A program made the translations under genes and the position numbers. A stretch of DNA of 248,000 nt, from NCBI RefSeq assembly GCF_000737315.1, contig NZ_JMCB01000001.1:20001-268000 (forward strand), written 5' to 3'. The notes under the pieces are model-generated. The model searched no databases and was not told where the DNA came from. It saw only the letters and a list, made by a program, of their open reading frames with translations. Below are positions 245,246 through 248,000 of the stretch, piece after piece (positions within the stretch are counted from its first letter, which is position 1; each line of letters opens with the position of its first letter). Source of the DNA: Hyalangium minutum. Lineage in GTDB: Bacteria; Myxococcota; Myxococcia; Myxococcales; Myxococcaceae.

Positions 245246-245376
245246 GCCAGATTCCTTTGAGACGGCACGCGACGGCTCTTGCGCTATCGGCCCGCGTCCA
245301 CTTTCTACGAAAAACAGGAATCACTGGCAATTCGTGCGACTCGGGCACCGCAGCGCCCGAGCACTGACGCTTCACA

Positions 245377-246213
245377 TCAAGTGGGCGTGGTCGCCGTCAC
245401 CTGACGCATGCCCCACCGCAGGGGAATGCTCCCGCCCGCGCGGCGCAGCGGCTCCACGGCCCGGAGGAACGAAGCCTCCAGGGACGCCAGCGCCGCCGGA
245501 GACAGCCGGTCCACGTCATACGTCATGCGCAGCGCATCCCAGACGGCGCGCGGCTCACCGTCGCCCTGGATCGCGAGCGGATGCGTCCGAAGGTCCTCGA
245601 ACCCCGCGCCGCCCAGCAGCGCCTGGAGCCCCTCCACGGTGCGGACGCGCGCATCCCCCAGGGGCGCCGGGGGCACGGCCTCCGATGCCAGCAGCGGACG
245701 CAGCAGCCCCACGAACACCTCCATGGCATCGCCGCGCACCATGTCCCCATTGACGACGAAGGACACCGTGCCGCCGGGCCTCAACACGCGTCGCAGCTCC
245801 GCGAGGACGCGCTCCACGTCATCCATCAACATGAGCGCCAGGTGGCTCAGCACCACGTCCACGCTGCCGTCCGCGAGCGGCAGTTCCTGCGCCCGTCCCT
245901 GATGCAGCGTCGCCGCTCCCCTCAGCCGGACGCGCGCCGCATCGAGCTCATGCGCGCTCATGTCCAGCCCCACCAGCGACAGTCCCGGCTGTTGGCGTGC
246001 CGCGAGCAGCTCCAGCAGGTAGCCATCTCCGCACGCCACATCCAGCACGGTCAGCGGCCGGGCCTCGCGGGGCACCGCCGCTTCCAACAGCGCGTACGTC
246101 GAGGGAAACGTCCGCCCGTCCCGGAGCACGGGCGTGCGCGCGAAGCAGCGGGCGGTCACTCCCACGAGGCGCTGGTGGTAGTCGAGCAGGTACGACTCGG
246201 CGGAGGAGGGCAT
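245377..246213 (-). CDS. Class I SAM methyltransferase
   Basis: VLDVACGDG, LP..DGS.D.V. Confidence 0.85.
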   Translation of the reverse strand: MPSSAESYLLDYHQRLVGVTARCFARTPVLRDGRTFPSTYALLEAAVPREARPLTVLDVACGDGYLLELLAARQQPGLSLVGLDMSAHELDAARVRLRGAATLHQGRAQELPLADGSVDVVLSHLALMLMDDVERVLAELRRVLRPGGTVSFVVNGDMVRGDAMEVFVGLLRPLLASEAVPPAPLGDARVRTVEGLQALLGGAGFEDLRTHPLAIQGDGEPRAVWDALRMTYDVDRLSPAALASLEASFLRAVEPLRRAGGSIPLRWGMRQVTATTPT

Positions 246214-246297
246214 GGGAACCGTCAGCGTTTGGCCTTCTTCTGGCCCGCGTTGGTGGCCTTGGCGGTAAGGGCCAGCACGGAGTACAGGTTCATCGTC

Positions 246298-246738
246298 ATG
246301 ATGACCTCATCGAAGATCCTAGCGCTGATTTCCACTTTGGCTGCAAGCCGCCCCTTCGTGCTCGAAGAGGTGAACCGGCTCATGGCGACCTCTCTCAAGC
246401 CCGAGGTCTCTGTCTCCAATGAATACTTCACGGTCTACCGGGCGAGGGACACGGCGCAAGCGCCCCTCCAGAACGTCGAACTGCGCATGCCGACCTCCCG
246501 GTCCCACCGCAAGGATGGCTTGCTTCTGTTCGAGATCGCCCCATCCACGTGCGTGACCCAGGAGGAAGCACGGCACTCCTTTGGGCCTTCCCCTGCGCTC
246601 TCCTTTCCCACGCCTCACCAGCCCCCGGACTCCCCTATCTATCTGAACTACTCCCAGCCCTGGGGCAGCCTCCGTCTGGGCTTCTCGCGCAACGACAAGG
246701 CCTGCCTTGTCTCGGTGGTCCTCGACGCTGACAAGTAG
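246298..246738 (+). CDS. Hypothetical protein
   Basis: short ORF at the 3' end of ORF 245581..246738. Confidence 0.45.
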   Translation: MMTSSKILALISTLAASRPFVLEEVNRLMATSLKPEVSVSNEYFTVYRARDTAQAPLQNVELRMPTSRSHRKDGLLLFEIAPSTCVTQEEARHSFGPSPALSFPTPHQPPDSPIYLNYSQPWGSLRLGFSRNDKACLVSVVLDADK

Positions 246739-246767
246739 GGACTCCGTCTGCGTTGACCGTAGTGGCC

Positions 246768-247176
246768 TCACTTTGGCGGGGGCGTGTTGAGCAGTTGCTG
246801 CTCCCACGCGTAGCTGGTGCCCACCGAGCCCATGTGGTCGATGACCAGCTCGGCCAGCCCTTCCACCGTCACCGTCCGCGCCCAGTCGCGCTGCAGTTCC
246901 GAGGCGAAAACCCCCGTCGTCAGCGGCACCGCCCCCACATGCACCATCCGCTGAATCGCCACCTCGTGCGCTTCCACCGACACTCCTCCCGACGAGTCGG
247001 TGACGATGTAGACCGAGCGCCACCACGTTGTTGATGATGCTCTGTGTGTCGTGGCTGCGCAGGCCGGCAAACTGGAACGGCTGGTGGTCGATCAGGATCA
247101 GCACGCAGTTGTCCGGCGTCAGCAGCGCATCCAGGCCGGTCATCGGGTTGCGGGGAGGGCTCCTGGTGTTCTCCAA
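246768..247176 (-). pseudogene. Isochorismatase/YcaC-like hydrolase with internal deletion
   Basis: LTPDNC.L.LIDHQP N-part joined out of frame to GGVS.EAH..AIQRM C-part. Confidence 0.7.
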
Positions 247177-247286
247177 GGACAGCAGGAAAGGGCACGGACA
247201 CCGCGGTCCGCGCCCGCGGGCTGTTGGAGACGATGATGGATGCCCGACGCTCCTCGCAGTAGAGGGCCTTCTCCAGCATCACTTTC

Positions 247287-248000
247287 AGCTTCCTGCGTGA
247301 GGTCCATGGCAGTCTCGACACCCTCCAAGCCGCCATCGCCAACGCTTCACACGCCGCCGAGAAACCGGCCGGAGTGCTGAAGGTCAGCATGGCGCCCGTC
247401 CTCGGCAGCGGCTACCTCCTGCCTCTGCTCCACGACTTCCTCGCCCGCTATCCCGGCATCGTCCCGGACTGGGACTTCAACAACCAGCCGGTGGATCTCA
247501 TCCAGGGAGGCTTCGACGCCGCGATTGGCGGCGGCTTCGACCTTGCCTCGGGACTCGCCGCGCGCGAGCTCGCCCGGGTGCACATCATTGCCGTGGCCTC
247601 GCCCTCCTATCTGGCGCGAATCACTCCCCCTCAGGAGCCCGCCGACCTCCAGCGCCTCGAGGGCATCCTGCTGCGCTCTCCGCTGACGGGACGCCTCCAT
247701 TCCAGGACGCTGCGCAACCGCGCCGGAGAGCAGGTCGCCGTCGAGATGCAGCCACGCATGATCCTCAATGACCCCGGCTCCCTCTGTCACTGCGCCCTGA
247801 TGGGCCTGGGCATCACCCTCGTCTCGACGCTCAGTGCGCTGCCCCACCTGCGCGAGGGAACGCTGGTGCGGCTCCTGCCGGACTGGTACGCCGATGCCGG
247901 TCCGATCTCGCTCTACTACCCAGGGCACCGGCAGTTGCCCGCGAAGACTCGCGTGTTCGTGGATTACGTCGTACGCGAGTTCAAGCGCCAGGACCTGGCC
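247287..248000 (+). pseudogene. LysR substrate-binding domain lacking its HTH (runs off the window)
   Basis: frame SFLREVHGSLDTLQAAIA...PAG.LKVS...DLI.GGFDAAI; no upstream HTH or start in frame. Confidence 0.6.

Noticed and set aside
245285-245320. CCGATAG box upstream of the amidase gene
   Set aside because: No G[AC]AAC box at the 13-nt spacing, so not counted in the regulon.

Overview
High-GC myxobacterial chromosome segment (Cystobacterineae-like, judged from MYXO-CTERM tails, ELWxxDGT, DUF2378/TIGR02265 and double-CxxC immunity families). Main blocks: (1) about 11.4-40.0 kb, a non-flagellar type III secretion cluster with sctD-like, V, U, T, S, R, Q, P, O, N, L, J and I genes, TPR chaperones and a FliA-family sigma factor, but no secretin in the window. 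It holds six copies of a 75-76 aa needle-like gene, each with its own promoter and terminator. A shared sigma28-like motif (G[AC]AAC-N3-N13-[ACG][AC]GA[TG]A[AC]) precedes all six copies and two other cluster genes, and recurs at three distant genes that become candidate T3SS substrates. (2) about 88.7-139 kb, a trans-AT PKS with a DH-KR-FkbH-ACP starter, 11 KS domains and tandem TE; its module logic fits a tartrolon-type macrodiolide. It is followed by a Lol-like export module and a Coq4/AarF/SRPBCC/NRPS-like accessory locus. (3) Housekeeping and accessory genes (fusA, hflX, double uvrA, pbpC/alpha-2-macroglobulin, YcaO-TfuA, MacAB-TolC). (4) Mobile-element scars: four tmRNA/tRNA 3'-end-like repeats, IS91 and group II intron remnants, and decaying toxin-immunity pairs. 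All calls come from reading the sequence and supplied translations; no searches were run.
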